A stretch of 64,000 bases of DNA from an uncultured Eubacteriales bacterium. Its GTDB lineage: Bacteria; Bacillota; Clostridia; Oscillospirales; CAG-272. Below the pieces are notes generated by a model, which was given only the letters and a program-made list of their open reading frames with translations, was not told the DNA's origin and made no database searches. Where the stretch lies: NCBI GenBank assembly GCA_900544985.1, contig UQXK01000003.1, positions 3,670 through 67,669 on the forward strand, in the 5' to 3' direction. The translations under genes were made by a program, and so were the position numbers. This document shows, piece after piece, positions 35,463 through 45,994 of the stretch (position 1 is its first letter; every line of letters starts with the position of its first letter).

Positions 35463-35774
35463 ATGGTCGGAAAATATAATGTAATAACTCTTTGCGGAAG
35501 CACGAAATTCAAAGATGATTTTATAAGGGAGCAAAAGAGGCTGACTCTCGAAGGGAACATCGTCATATCTGTCGGTTTATTCGGACATTCGGGCGATGAT
35601 GAAGTTTGGACGGACAATGTAAAAGAAATGCTCGATGATATGCATAAAAGAAAGATCGATATGGCTGACGAAATTTTTGTTATAAACAAAGGTGGATATA
35701 TCGGTTCAAGCACTAAGTCCGAAATCGAATATGCCACAAAGACCGGAAAAAAAGTGAATTATATGGAAAAATAA
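35463..35774 (+). CDS. nucleoside 2-deoxyribosyltransferase-like small protein (tentative)
   Basis: MVGKYNVITLCGSTKFKDDF...ADEIFVINKGGYIGSSTKSEIEYATKTGKKV. The Rossmann-like start and the G-x-S/T-x-x-E-I-x-x-A ending resemble that fold. Confidence 0.4.
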   Translation: MVGKYNVITLCGSTKFKDDFIREQKRLTLEGNIVISVGLFGHSGDDEVWTDNVKEMLDDMHKRKIDMADEIFVINKGGYIGSSTKSEIEYATKTGKKVNYMEK

Positions 35775-35940
35775 ATATTCATGTGTGATTGACAGAAGAG
35801 TATCCAGTTTTTATATGAAAACAGACGAAAATATCACTTAAAAAGTATATTTTTGCCCCAAAGCAACAGAATGTTTCTCGACTATGCATGTCACTTGTGG
35901 TATAGTTGTTTTAGAAATCAGACTGAATAGGAGCATAACT

Positions 35941-36321
35941 ATGGTTGGTAAAAATATAAAATTTTTCAGAGAGAAGAAAGATATTACTCAATCGGAATTG
36001 GCAGACAAACTTTGTGTTACCCGTCAAGCAGTTTCAAATTGGGAAAACGGAAAGACCGAACCGGATATTGAAATGTTAAATAAGATCGCATCTGTTCTGG
36101 AAATTTCCATAGAAGAATTGATATACGGGTTTAAAAGAGAAACAAAGATTATCAATACCAAAAACGTCACCGAAAATATAACAAAGGGTGTGTCCTTTGG
36201 AGCGGTACTTGCCATGGTAATTTCTTATGTCAAGTGGCAGTCTATCGGCTGGGCGGTTTTGCACGGACTATTGAATTGGGTATATGTTATCTATTATGTT
36301 ATTAAATACGGATGGAGCTGA
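35941..36321 (+). CDS. XRE-family HTH protein with C-terminal TM helices
   Basis: MVGKNIKFFREKKDITQSELADKLCVTRQAVSNWENGKTEPDIEMLNKIASVLEISIEELIYG, then hydrophobic GVSFGAVLAMVISYV...WVYVIYYVIKYGW. Confidence 0.7.
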   Translation: MVGKNIKFFREKKDITQSELADKLCVTRQAVSNWENGKTEPDIEMLNKIASVLEISIEELIYGFKRETKIINTKNVTENITKGVSFGAVLAMVISYVKWQSIGWAVLHGLLNWVYVIYYVIKYGWS

Positions 36322-36674
36322 TAATATTTGTGCGAGTGACTCGGAACATTATTCGGGATTTCGTCTTGCCGAAGCTCCCGAGCTTGTAGTGACATATTGG
36401 TTCCATGATGATAAGAGAAAGCAGCGTTACCGCGAGCTGTGGATTCCCGTGATCAAGAATGAATAATAAATAGTTAAATAATATAGGTATACCGTTTTCA
36501 GGCGGATATGTTTGATTATGCTTAATCATCAATATACTCTCTCCGATTTCAAGCAATGGTTGAAATCGTTTTTTCAACTATTGCTTGCTTAAAAATAAAG
36601 GCTGTTTATGCTAAAATAAAATCGGTTCGGCACCGTAACAAATTTATAAAAGATAAAATATAACGGAGGGAAAA

Positions 36675-37526
36675 ATGTTTGACATGAATCAAGTGGGAGC
36701 TAATATCTGTAAATTCAGAAAATCTATCGGTATTACACAAATGGATCTTGCCGATAAATTGGGTATCAGTTTTCAGGCGGTCTCTAATTGGGAGCGCGGA
36801 ATAAGTATGCCCGATATATCGAAATTGAATGAATTGTCCGTTCTTTTCGATATATCAATAGATGAAATATTGGGTAATGAAAGAGCTTGTACGGTAGTAA
36901 AAAATTTATTGAATGATAAACCGACCGATGATATCAGTATAGAAGAAATAAGCGAAATCGCTCCGATACTACATGAAGATGAGGTCGAATCTCTTATAGA
37001 AGATAAAGACGGTATAAGTATAGAGGAAATTTCTAAGCTGGCTCCGTTTTTAAGTCAGGAATATATCGATAAAATAGCAAAAGAAATATTAAAAGAAAAT
37101 GGAACTTTAAAATCCTGTAATTCTCTTCTTGCTTTTGTAAGCAGTGAGATAATAGACGAAGCGGCTTCGGAAATCTTTAAGAGGACGGGAGAGGTTGGTG
37201 AATTACAACATCTTGCTCCTTTTATGAGCCAAAAGCTTATCTGGGAAATTTCCGACATTTCGTATAAGACGAAAAATATCGCGTCTCTTGCTCCGATAGC
37301 TCCGTTTATCGACGAGGAAAAAATGAATGAATATGCTTTAACGGATTACTCTGTGAACGGAATAAATTCTCTTGTCCCGGTAGCGCCGTTTATATCTTCC
37401 GATCTGCTTAACAGGCTGACAAAAGAAACAATTGAAAAAAAGGGTCTTATCGGAATAGTACCGATCATGCCGTTTATTTCGCATAAAATCGTAGAGGATT
37501 ATATCGATAAGGAAGGTATTAAGTAA
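36675..37526 (+). CDS. XRE-family HTH protein with C-terminal (L/I/V)(A/V/M)PF(L/I/M)(S/D) repeats
   Basis: HTH is ITQMDLADKLGISFQAVSNWERGISMPDISKL. About 7 repeats of ~30 aa follow, each centred on APIL / LAPFLS / LAPFMS / IAPFID / VAPFIS / IMPFIS. Confidence 0.7.
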   Translation: MFDMNQVGANICKFRKSIGITQMDLADKLGISFQAVSNWERGISMPDISKLNELSVLFDISIDEILGNERACTVVKNLLNDKPTDDISIEEISEIAPILHEDEVESLIEDKDGISIEEISKLAPFLSQEYIDKIAKEILKENGTLKSCNSLLAFVSSEIIDEAASEIFKRTGEVGELQHLAPFMSQKLIWEISDISYKTKNIASLAPIAPFIDEEKMNEYALTDYSVNGINSLVPVAPFISSDLLNRLTKETIEKKGLIGIVPIMPFISHKIVEDYIDKEGIK

Positions 37527-37614
37527 CAGAATCAAAAACAAGATTTTATGTGTATTTTCCATGTTGCTTATCGATGTGAGGATACGAATATTCTTTCTGA
37601 AATAAGAAACGGCA

Positions 37615-37649
37615 AAAACCCCGTGCAAAATATATTTGCACGGGGTTTT
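37615..37649. terminator. bidirectional intrinsic terminator
   Basis: aaaaccccgtgcaaa-tatat-ttgcacggggtttt between convergent genes. Confidence 0.75.
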
Positions 37650-37730
37650 ACAAATCTTGCGGTTTTGAATCGGCAAAAGACGCAAGCCCGATGTTTATTA
37701 CCGAATTATGGACCTGATATTGTAAACTGT

Positions 37731-38072
37731 TCAAGCCATCTTTTCGGAGAGCTTTTCTCCGCCGAGTATATGGAAGTGCAGATGTTTTATCGATTGGCAG
37801 GCGTCGTCTCCGCAGTTGGAGATAACACGGTATCCGTTTTTGATTCCTGCGGACGCGGCTATCTGCGGAATTTTTTCGAATATATATGCCACAACGGAGG
37901 AATTATCGCACGTTATTTCATCCACCGAAGAAATGTGTGTTTTCGGTATCACGAGAATGTGAACGGGCGCTTGCGGATTTATATCGTAAAAGGCGAGTAT
38001 TCTGTCGTCTTCATACGCTTTTTTTGACGGGATATCTCCCGATATTATTTTACAGAAAAGACAGTTTTCCAT
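37731..38072 (-). CDS. HIT-family (histidine triad) nucleotide-binding protein
   Basis: 113 aa. Contains CLFCKII and the triad HLHFHILGG. Confidence 0.9.
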   Translation of the reverse strand: MENCLFCKIISGDIPSKKAYEDDRILAFYDINPQAPVHILVIPKTHISSVDEITCDNSSVVAYIFEKIPQIAASAGIKNGYRVISNCGDDACQSIKHLHFHILGGEKLSEKMA

Positions 38073-38263
38073 GTTATTTTTCTCCTTATATATATTGGTA
38101 AGATTTTATTTCTCGGATAATGAAGTTCTGCTTTATTCGGCGACGGTAAAAGTTTTTTGTTTTCTATCGGCGAAAACAAACCTCTGTATTTAATGGATAA
38201 GAGACTGTAATTTAATGAATAAAACGGGAGAGTGCTCTCCCGTTTTATTTTTATGTGTATGAA

Positions 38264-38830
38264 TTATTTATTTGCGGAAAGAGAATCGCGGATCTCTTTG
38301 AGAAGTGCGACTGTTTCAATCTCGCGTTCCTTTGCGGCTGCTTTTTCTGCTTCCGCTGCAAGGCGGGCTTCTTCTGCGGCTTTCTTTTCAGCTTCTTCTT
38401 TTGCTTTTGCTTCTGCCGCCGCTTTTTCTTCGGCTTCGATCTCTTCTTTGGATTTAGAAAGTTCTTTTGCTTTATTTGCGGCTTTTGTGAATATTCTTAT
38501 AACCAAGAACAGCACGAATGCGATTATAAGGAAATCTATTATGGATTGCACGAACGAGCCCCATGCGAAAGAAACTTCTGCAACTGTGACATTGCCTTCC
38601 GCGTCAAGCACTTCGGGACGGATGATCCATTTTAATTCGGTAAGATCGGCGCCGTCTGTGAGCAGGGCTATGAGCGGGGAGAGGAATGCAGATGTGAATT
38701 TCGTAACGATATCCTTAAACGCCGATGCGACGACAACCCCGATTGCCATGTCGACAACGTTTCCTCTGCTGATAAACGCCTTAAAGTCTTGCCAGAAACT
38801 TGATTTCTTTTTGTCTTTGTTTTTCTTCAT
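38264..38830 (-). CDS. mscL: large-conductance mechanosensitive channel with long Ala/Glu/Lys-rich C-terminal extension
   Basis: From MKKNKDKKKSSFWQDFKAFISRGNVVDMAIGVVVASAFKDIV.... The ORF track starts further upstream at 38911. Confidence 0.8.
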   Translation of the reverse strand: MKKNKDKKKSSFWQDFKAFISRGNVVDMAIGVVVASAFKDIVTKFTSAFLSPLIALLTDGADLTELKWIIRPEVLDAEGNVTVAEVSFAWGSFVQSIIDFLIIAFVLFLVIRIFTKAANKAKELSKSKEEIEAEEKAAAEAKAKEEAEKKAAEEARLAAEAEKAAAKEREIETVALLKEIRDSLSANK

Positions 38831-39008
38831 GGTTTTAGTCCTTTCATAAAAATATATTTTTACCGCAAAGCGGTTTTTGACAGTGATTTTTGATATAAAG
38901 AACGGTTTCAAATACGTTTGCAGTATTTAAAAAATTCAGCCGTTTTAAATCGATTTATAGGAAAAAGTTTTTCGGGCGGCGGATATATACCGTTCGCCCG
39001 GGAAAATC

Positions 39009-41645
39009 TTATTTCTGCATTTCGCTTACTATATTATTAAGAGCAGAGAGAGCTTCTGCGAGCTTTTCGGGATTCTTTGCTCCGGCAGTGGCGCTGTCGG
39101 GCTTGCCGCCGCCGCCACCTCCTACGATAGCGGAGAGTTTTTTGAGCACTGCGGGCGCCGTTACGCCTTTTTTAACTGCGTTTTTGCCGCAAACGCAACA
39201 GAGCGTCAGCTTGCCGTCGGAATTGGAGCAGAGAAGCGCGACCGTATTGTCGTTTTCCGCTTTTATCTCGTCGCCGAGCGTGCGGAGCGTATTTACGGGC
39301 ATATCGCTTACCATGCTTACGACGTTAAGCTCGCCGCAGACGGAAGCGTTTTCGAGCGATTTCGCAAGATTTGATTTTGCTATCTTTACATTAGCCTCTT
39401 CAAGCGCGCGCTTTGTCTCTTTGAGTTCCGTTTCGAGGTTTGCTATCTTTGAGGGGATATCGTTTTCGTCGCTCGCTTTGAGAGCCGCCATTGTCTTTGA
39501 AACGATATCCGTTTTGGAGCAGAGAAGCTTGTATGCTTCAAATCCCGTTACGGCTTCTATTCTTCTGGTGCCTGCGGCAACGGAGCTTTCGGAGATTATT
39601 TTGAAAAGTCCTATTTTGCCTGTATTTGTTACGTGTGCGCCTCCGCAGAATTCGCTTGAAAAATCTCCCATGCGGACGACTCTTACGCGTGCGCCGTATT
39701 TTTCGCCGAAGAGCGCGATAGCTCCCGATTTTTTAGCGCTCTCTATGTCCATTTCATCTGCCGTGACATCAATTGCTTCGAGTATCTTTTCGTTTACGAG
39801 GAGTTCTACTTTTTTCAGCTCTTCCGGAGTTACCGCGGAAAAATGCGTGAAGTCGAATCGCGCTACGCTGTCGCTTACATATGAGCCTGCCTGCTGGATA
39901 TGATCACCGAGAACGCGGCGGAGCGCTGCGTCAAGAAGGTGTGTTGCGGAATGGTTTCTGGATATAGCGGCGCGTCTTTCTTTATCGAGCTCCATTTTTA
40001 CATTGTCGCCTGTCTGGAAAGAACCCGATACGGTCTCGCATATGTGGAGATAGATACCGTCTGTTTTCTTTGTGTCGACTACGCGGGCTTTTCCGTTTTC
40101 GGTGGAGATATATCCCGTGTCGCCGACCTCGCCGCCGCCTTCTCCGTAGAATACGGTTTTGTCAGTTATGATTATAAAGTTGTCTGTGCTCATATCGACG
40201 GGCTCATTCGTTTCCGCGTCGATGATTGCGAGTATCTTTGCTTCTGTTTCGTATTTTGTATATCCTTCGAAGAGCGTTTTCTTTGATTTATCGAAGAAGG
40301 AAAGAAGATCTCCGTCCCAGCCGATACCGCCGAGCTTTGCGCGTGCTTCGCGGGCGCGCTTTTTCTGCTCTGCGAGCTTTTCACCGAAGCCTTCTTCGTC
40401 GATTTCAAGACCGTTTTCTGACGCTATCTCACGCGTCAGGTCGAGCGGGAAGCCGTATGTGTCGCTGAGTTTGAATACGTCCTCTCCGGAAAGCTTTGTT
40501 TTGCCTTCTTTTTTCGCTTTTTCCATTACGTCGTCGAGAAGGGAAAGACCGTTTTCGATAGTTGCGTCAAAGCGGGCTTCCTCCATGCCGATAACTTTCT
40601 TTATATAATCGAGCTTTTCGGTGAGGATCGGGTAAGCCGTGCGGTTTTCGCCTGCTACCACTTCCGCGATGTCGGCAATGAATGCGCCTTTTATTCCGAG
40701 AAGTCTTGCGTGGCGGCAAGCGCGTCTTATAAGGCGGCGGAGAACATATCCGCGTCCCTCATTGGAGGGCATTACGCCGTCGGAAATAAGGAATGTCGAA
40801 GCGCGTGTGTGATCGGCGATAACTCGAAGGGAGATATCGGACTTCTTATCTTCGCCGTATTTTACTTCCGCTCTGTCGCTTATTGCCTTTATGATGTTTT
40901 GAACGGTGTCGACCTCGAAAAGGTTGTTCACGCCCTGCATGATGCAGGCGATTCTTTCAAGTCCCATACCCGTATCTATATTCGGGTGGGCGAGTCTTTC
41001 GTAGTTTCCTTTGCCGTCGCTGTCGAACTGCGTGAATACGAGATTCCAGAACTCCATAAATCTGTCGCAATCGCATCCGGGGCGGCAGGTGGGCTTTCCG
41101 CAGCCGAATTCCGGACCTCTGTCAAAGTGTATCTCGGAGTCGGGACCGCAGGGACCGGAGCCTATTTCCCAGAAGTTGTCCTCTTTTCCCAGACGTACTA
41201 TTTTGTCTTCGGGAACGCCGATCTTTTTATTCCATATGTCAAAAGCTTCGTCGTCGTTTTCATATATGGTTACCCAGAGCTTGTCCTTGGGCATTTCGAG
41301 AACTTCCGTTACGAATTCCCATGCCCAGCTTATCGCTTCCTCTTTGAAATAATCTCCGAAGGAGAAGTTTCCGAGCATTTCGAAAAACGTTCCGTGGCGG
41401 GCGGTAATTCCCACGCGCTCTATATCCGGTGTGCGTATGCATTTCTGGCATGTTGTCATGCGGTGGCGGGGCGGCTCGCTTTCTCCCGTGAAGAACTTTT
41501 TGAGCGGCGCCATGCCGGCATTTATGAGAAGCAGGGATTTGTCGTTTTCCGGCACAAGAGAGTAGCTCTCGTGGCGGAGGTGTCCCTTTGATTCAAAGAA
41601 AGAGAGATACTTTTCTCTCAGGTCGTTTAAAGACGTCCATTGCAT
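39009..41645 (-). CDS. alaS: alanine--tRNA ligase
   Basis: 878 aa, full-length AlaRS: class II core (FFEMLGNFSFGDYFK), editing domain HxxxH (HSATHLL), and C-terminal DHHA1-like part. Confidence 0.95.
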   Translation of the reverse strand: MQWTSLNDLREKYLSFFESKGHLRHESYSLVPENDKSLLLINAGMAPLKKFFTGESEPPRHRMTTCQKCIRTPDIERVGITARHGTFFEMLGNFSFGDYFKEEAISWAWEFVTEVLEMPKDKLWVTIYENDDEAFDIWNKKIGVPEDKIVRLGKEDNFWEIGSGPCGPDSEIHFDRGPEFGCGKPTCRPGCDCDRFMEFWNLVFTQFDSDGKGNYERLAHPNIDTGMGLERIACIMQGVNNLFEVDTVQNIIKAISDRAEVKYGEDKKSDISLRVIADHTRASTFLISDGVMPSNEGRGYVLRRLIRRACRHARLLGIKGAFIADIAEVVAGENRTAYPILTEKLDYIKKVIGMEEARFDATIENGLSLLDDVMEKAKKEGKTKLSGEDVFKLSDTYGFPLDLTREIASENGLEIDEEGFGEKLAEQKKRAREARAKLGGIGWDGDLLSFFDKSKKTLFEGYTKYETEAKILAIIDAETNEPVDMSTDNFIIITDKTVFYGEGGGEVGDTGYISTENGKARVVDTKKTDGIYLHICETVSGSFQTGDNVKMELDKERRAAISRNHSATHLLDAALRRVLGDHIQQAGSYVSDSVARFDFTHFSAVTPEELKKVELLVNEKILEAIDVTADEMDIESAKKSGAIALFGEKYGARVRVVRMGDFSSEFCGGAHVTNTGKIGLFKIISESSVAAGTRRIEAVTGFEAYKLLCSKTDIVSKTMAALKASDENDIPSKIANLETELKETKRALEEANVKIAKSNLAKSLENASVCGELNVVSMVSDMPVNTLRTLGDEIKAENDNTVALLCSNSDGKLTLCCVCGKNAVKKGVTAPAVLKKLSAIVGGGGGGKPDSATAGAKNPEKLAEALSALNNIVSEMQK

Positions 41646-41694
41646 ATTTTTGTCCTCTTGATTTTTTATTTGATTTTACATCATTGTGCGTTTT

Positions 41695-41797
41695 AAAAAA
41701 CAGACGGCGTTTTTTGCCGACGCGCATAAAAACGCCGTCGGTAAAAACGAAGCGGGGAATCGCTCTTCCGCTTTTTTCCTTATAAAAATAAGTTTAA
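41695..41797 (-). promoter_or_regulatory. alaS 5' leader with two terminator-like hairpins (attenuator candidate)
   Basis: The minus strand reads aagcgg-aagagcgattcc-ccgctt-cgttttt, then gacggcgttttt-atgcgcgtcggca-aaaaacgccgtc-tgtttttt. The loop of the second hairpin carries cgtcgg, which is complementary to ccgacg in the 5' arm. Confidence 0.45.
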
Positions 41798-41804
41798 CGC
41801 TTTT

Positions 41805-41833
41805 ATTATATTGTTATTAGGAAAAAAAGTCAA
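41805..41833 (-). promoter_or_regulatory. sigma-70 promoter for alaS
   Basis: The minus strand reads TTGACT, 17 nt, TATAAT. Confidence 0.5.
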
Positions 41834-41862
41834 TACTTATTGTCAAATGCGGAAAAAATTGC

Positions 41863-41891
41863 TTGACACAGTCAAAATGTTGTGATATAAT
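41863..41891 (+). promoter_or_regulatory. sigma-70 promoter for rpoB-rpoC
   Basis: TTGACA, 17 nt (ending in tgtga), TATAAT. Confidence 0.55.
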
Positions 41892-42035
41892 TTCATACTG
41901 CATTATAATTGCTTGTAGTGGCGGCTTTTTTCGGAGCATATTCCGGAAAAAGGCACGGATTCAGGCTTTTGAATACAATTTTCCGTCGGCGAAGAGCGCC
42001 GTCGGACACGGGAACTCACTTAAAAATCGAATGGA

Positions 42036-45000
42036 GTGATTGTATTGAGAACAAAACCGAGACAGCTCGGCAAAACAACAAGAATGTCCTTCGCAAAGAT
42101 CGATGAGATACTCGAAATGCCGGATTTTCTCGAAATCCAGAAAAAGTCGTATAAATGGCTTTTGGACAAGGGTATTTCGGAAGTGCTTACAGAGGTTTCG
42201 CCGATCGTGGATTATGCGGGAAACCTTGTCATCGAATTCGTTGACTATTCAATCAGCGAAAATCCCAAATATTCCGTTGAAGAATGCAAAGAGCGCGATG
42301 TTAACTTTGCGGCTCCTCTTCGCGTAACGGTAAGACTTACGAACAGATCTACGGGAGAAGTCAAGCAGCAGGACATATTCATGGGCGATTTCCCGCTTAT
42401 GACGGACAACGGAACGTTCGTTATAAACGGTGCGGAGCGCGTAGTCGTATCCCAGCTCGTCCGTTCGCCCGGTATGTATTATGAAATACAGACGGACAAA
42501 GTAGGCAAAAATTCTTATCTTGGAACGGTAATTCCTTACCGCGGCGCATGGCTCGAATATGAGACGGACATGAACGACGTCTTTTATGTAAAGATAGATA
42601 AGAACCGCAAAATTCCCGTAACAACGCTTATCCGCGCGCTTGACGAAGCGACATCCACGTCTACCGATATAAAGACATATTTCGGCGACGATCAGAAGAT
42701 ACTTGTCACTCTCGACAAAGACGGTATGCAGAACGAGGCGGAGAAGAACGGAACAACGCCGTATGAAGAAGCTTTGAAAGAGATCTACAAAAAGCTTCGT
42801 CCCGGCGAGCCTCCGCTTGTAGAGAGCGCCCAGATACTCATAAACAACCTTTTCTTCGATCCGAAGAGATATGACCTCGGCAACGTCGGAAGATACAAAT
42901 TCGACAAGAAGGTCGCCCTCGGCAGACGTATAGCGGGAAAGAAGCTTACACGTCCCGTTATAAATCCCATCACGGGAGAAGTGCTTTTCGACGCAGGACA
43001 CGAGCTTTCCGCAGCTGATGCGATGAGCATTGAAAATTCCGGCGTAAACGAAGCTTATGTCGAGATAGAAGATGAAAAAGAGATAAAGGTCTTCGGCAAC
43101 GGCATGGTTGACGCGAAGAACGTTATCGGATGTGATCTCCGCGAGATCGGCATAAACGAGAAAGTAAAGCTTTCTCTGCTTCTCGAACTTCTCGAAGAAG
43201 CGGGCGGGGACATCGAAAAGCTCAAATCTCTTTGCCGTGAGCGCGTAGCGGAGCTTTCTCCGAAGCACATCACAAAGGACGATATATTCGCTTCCATAAA
43301 CTATCTTATATGCCTTTCCCACGGTATCGGAACGCCCGACGATATAGACCATCTCGGAAACAGACGTATCCGCGCCGTAGGCGAACTTATCCAGAACCAG
43401 CTCCGTATCGGTTTTTCCAGAATGGATAAGATCATCAAGGAGCGCATGACGATTCAGGACGCGGAGTCTCTTACTCCCCAGGCGCTTATAAATATACGCC
43501 CCGTTGTTGCGGCTATACGCGAGTTCTTCGGTTCTTCCCCTCTTTCTCAGTTCATGGACCAGAACAACCCGCTTGCAGAGCTTACGCACAAGCGCCGTCT
43601 TTCCGCGCTCGGTCCCGGCGGTCTTTCGCGTGACCGCGCTTCTTTCGAAGTCCGCGACGTTCATTACACGCATTACGGACGTATATGCCCGATAGAGACC
43701 CCCGAAGGTCCTAACATAGGTCTTATCTCTTATCTTGCGACATATGCAAAGATAAACGATTACGGCTTTGTAGAGGCTCCTTACAGAAAAATAGATAAAG
43801 AAACAGGCAAGGTCACAGACATTGTCGAATACATGACGGCGGATGTCGAGGACAACTACGTAATAGCTCAGGCAAACGAGCCTCTCGACGAAGAGGGACG
43901 CTTTGTAAACAAGAGAGTTACCGTCCGCGACCGCGCCGAGATAATCGAGGTTGCGGCAAGCGTTCCCGATTATATAGACGTTTCGCCCAGAATGGTAATA
44001 TCCGTTGCCACGGGCTTTATACCGTTCCTTGAAAACGACGACAACGCGCGTGCGCTCATGGGTTCAAACATGCAGAAGCAGGCGGTTCCGCTCCTTACGA
44101 CGGATTCTCCTATCGTAGGAACGGGTATGGAATATAAGGCGGGTATCGACTCCGGCGTCTGCGTTATAGCAAAGAACGAAGGCGTCGTAGAGTACGTTTC
44201 CGCGGACAAAGTCGTTGTGGTACGTCCCAACGGCGTTAAAGACACTTATACATTGTTGAAGTTCAAACGTTCCAACCAGGGAACATGTGTAAACCAAAGA
44301 CCTGTCGTAAGCGTCGGAGAGACTGTAAAAGTCGGAGATGTTCTTGCGGACGGTCCCGCTACTTCCAACGGTGAGATAGCGCTCGGAAAGAACGCTCTCA
44401 TCGGATTTATGACGTGGGAAGGTTACAACTACGAGGACGCCGTTCTTCTCAACGAGCGCCTTGTAAGAAACGACGTTTACACATCCATTCATATAGACGA
44501 ATACCTCATGGAATCCAGAGACACAAAACTCGGACCTGAGGAAATCACCCGCGAAATACCCAACTGCGGCGACGATGCTCTTAAAGACCTCGATGCCGAC
44601 GGTATTGTAAGAATAGGTACGGAAGTACGCACGGGAGATATCCTTGTAGGTAAGGTCACACCGAAAGGCGAGACAGAACTTACGGCAGAGGAAAGACTTC
44701 TCCGCGCAATATTCGGCGAAAAGGCAAGAGAGGTAAGAGACACATCTCTCCGTCTGCCCCACGGTACGAGCGGTATTGTAGTTGATATACGCGTATTTTC
44801 ACGCGAGACCTCCGACGAGCTTGCTCCCGGAGTAAACAAAGCGGTAAAAGTATACGTCGCACAGAAGAGAAAGATATCCGTCGGAGACAAGATGGCAGGA
44901 CGCCACGGTAACAAAGGTGTCGTTTCCCGCATTCTTCCTCCCGAAGATATGCCTTATCTTGCAGACGGTACGCCTCTTGATATAGTCCTTAACCCGCTGG

Positions 45001-45977
45001 GCGTTCCTTCCCGAATGAACATCGGTCAGGTGCTTGAAGTACACCTCGGTATCGCGGCGCGCGAGCTCGGCGTCAAAGTCATGACACCCGCATTCGACGG
45101 TGCGAAAGAGAAAGATATAACGGAAGCGCTCACGGAAGCAGGTCTTTACCGCGAGATACTTCCCAACGAGAATTTCGCCGGCAAGAAAGTTTATGAAGAA
45201 ACCGTCGACGAGAACGGCGTAAAATCCTACGCGGAAGTTCCCGCAGACAAACTTGCGGACAAGGAATGGGTAAAAGAGAAAGTTGCCGAAAAGAAGCTCA
45301 AAACGGTCGACGGAAAGCGCATACTTTACGACGGACGCACGGGCGAGCCTTTCGACAACCCCGTAACGGTAGGTATAATGTACTACCTCAAACTCCACCA
45401 CCTTGTTGACGATAAGATCCACGCGAGAAGCACAGGTCCTTACTCTCTTGTTACGCAGCAGCCTTTGGGCGGTAAGGCTCAGTTCGGCGGACAGCGTTTC
45501 GGAGAGATGGAAGTTTGGGCGCTCGAAGCATACGGCGCTGCTTACACATTGCAGGAAATACTCACCGTCAAGAGTGACGATATAACGGGACGTGTCAAAG
45601 CTTACGAGGCGATAGTAAAAGGCAAGAACATTCCTACACCGGGTGTTCCCGAATCGTTCCGCGTCCTTGTAAAAGAGTTGCAGTCTCTTGCGCTCGATAT
45701 AAGAGTTCTCGATGACGAGGGCAACGAAATAGAGCTTTCTCAGCTCTGCGAGGAAGACGAGGATACGGAACCCAGATACATCTCCGCCGAGGACATAGGC
45801 AAAACTGTCGAGACCGAAGGCGATGCCGACGATGTAACGATAATCGACGATCCCGAAAACGAATCGAGCTTCGACGACGATTTTGACGACGAAGAAGACG
45901 AGGACGATATCGTGGACGATGAGTTTTCCGACGACGAGAATTTCGCAGACGAATTTTCCGACGAAGACGATAACTGA
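42036..45977 (+). CDS. rpoB: DNA-directed RNA polymerase subunit beta
   Basis: 1313 aa by the ORF track. The more likely start is TTG at 42045, 8 nt after ggag. It is full-length RpoB with an additional ~70-aa acidic C-terminal tail. Confidence 0.95.
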   Translation: MIVLRTKPRQLGKTTRMSFAKIDEILEMPDFLEIQKKSYKWLLDKGISEVLTEVSPIVDYAGNLVIEFVDYSISENPKYSVEECKERDVNFAAPLRVTVRLTNRSTGEVKQQDIFMGDFPLMTDNGTFVINGAERVVVSQLVRSPGMYYEIQTDKVGKNSYLGTVIPYRGAWLEYETDMNDVFYVKIDKNRKIPVTTLIRALDEATSTSTDIKTYFGDDQKILVTLDKDGMQNEAEKNGTTPYEEALKEIYKKLRPGEPPLVESAQILINNLFFDPKRYDLGNVGRYKFDKKVALGRRIAGKKLTRPVINPITGEVLFDAGHELSAADAMSIENSGVNEAYVEIEDEKEIKVFGNGMVDAKNVIGCDLREIGINEKVKLSLLLELLEEAGGDIEKLKSLCRERVAELSPKHITKDDIFASINYLICLSHGIGTPDDIDHLGNRRIRAVGELIQNQLRIGFSRMDKIIKERMTIQDAESLTPQALINIRPVVAAIREFFGSSPLSQFMDQNNPLAELTHKRRLSALGPGGLSRDRASFEVRDVHYTHYGRICPIETPEGPNIGLISYLATYAKINDYGFVEAPYRKIDKETGKVTDIVEYMTADVEDNYVIAQANEPLDEEGRFVNKRVTVRDRAEIIEVAASVPDYIDVSPRMVISVATGFIPFLENDDNARALMGSNMQKQAVPLLTTDSPIVGTGMEYKAGIDSGVCVIAKNEGVVEYVSADKVVVVRPNGVKDTYTLLKFKRSNQGTCVNQRPVVSVGETVKVGDVLADGPATSNGEIALGKNALIGFMTWEGYNYEDAVLLNERLVRNDVYTSIHIDEYLMESRDTKLGPEEITREIPNCGDDALKDLDADGIVRIGTEVRTGDILVGKVTPKGETELTAEERLLRAIFGEKAREVRDTSLRLPHGTSGIVVDIRVFSRETSDELAPGVNKAVKVYVAQKRKISVGDKMAGRHGNKGVVSRILPPEDMPYLADGTPLDIVLNPLGVPSRMNIGQVLEVHLGIAARELGVKVMTPAFDGAKEKDITEALTEAGLYREILPNENFAGKKVYEETVDENGVKSYAEVPADKLADKEWVKEKVAEKKLKTVDGKRILYDGRTGEPFDNPVTVGIMYYLKLHHLVDDKIHARSTGPYSLVTQQPLGGKAQFGGQRFGEMEVWALEAYGAAYTLQEILTVKSDDITGRVKAYEAIVKGKNIPTPGVPESFRVLVKELQSLALDIRVLDDEGNEIELSQLCEEDEDTEPRYISAEDIGKTVETEGDADDVTIIDDPENESSFDDDFDDEEDEDDIVDDEFSDDENFADEFSDEDDN

Positions 45978-45994
45978 TAGGGGGAAAAGTTAAG

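Noticed and set aside
36284-36466. 60-aa ORF overlapping the end of the XRE-TM gene
   Set aside because: It overlaps the preceding gene in another frame and lacks an RBS. At most it is a gene fragment, and it is mentioned only within the accessory-patch finding.
38232-38849. 205-aa Ala/Ser/Phe-rich ORF on the plus strand, with a second overlapping one at 38255-38635
   Set aside because: It is the mirror image of the mscL gene and its Ala/Glu/Lys-rich tail. It is low-complexity sequence with no start context.
41646-41833. T-box leader upstream of alaS
   Set aside because: The leader is only ~150 nt. I found no T-box consensus and no specifier-loop or stem I architecture, so it is recorded as an attenuator candidate of unknown type.
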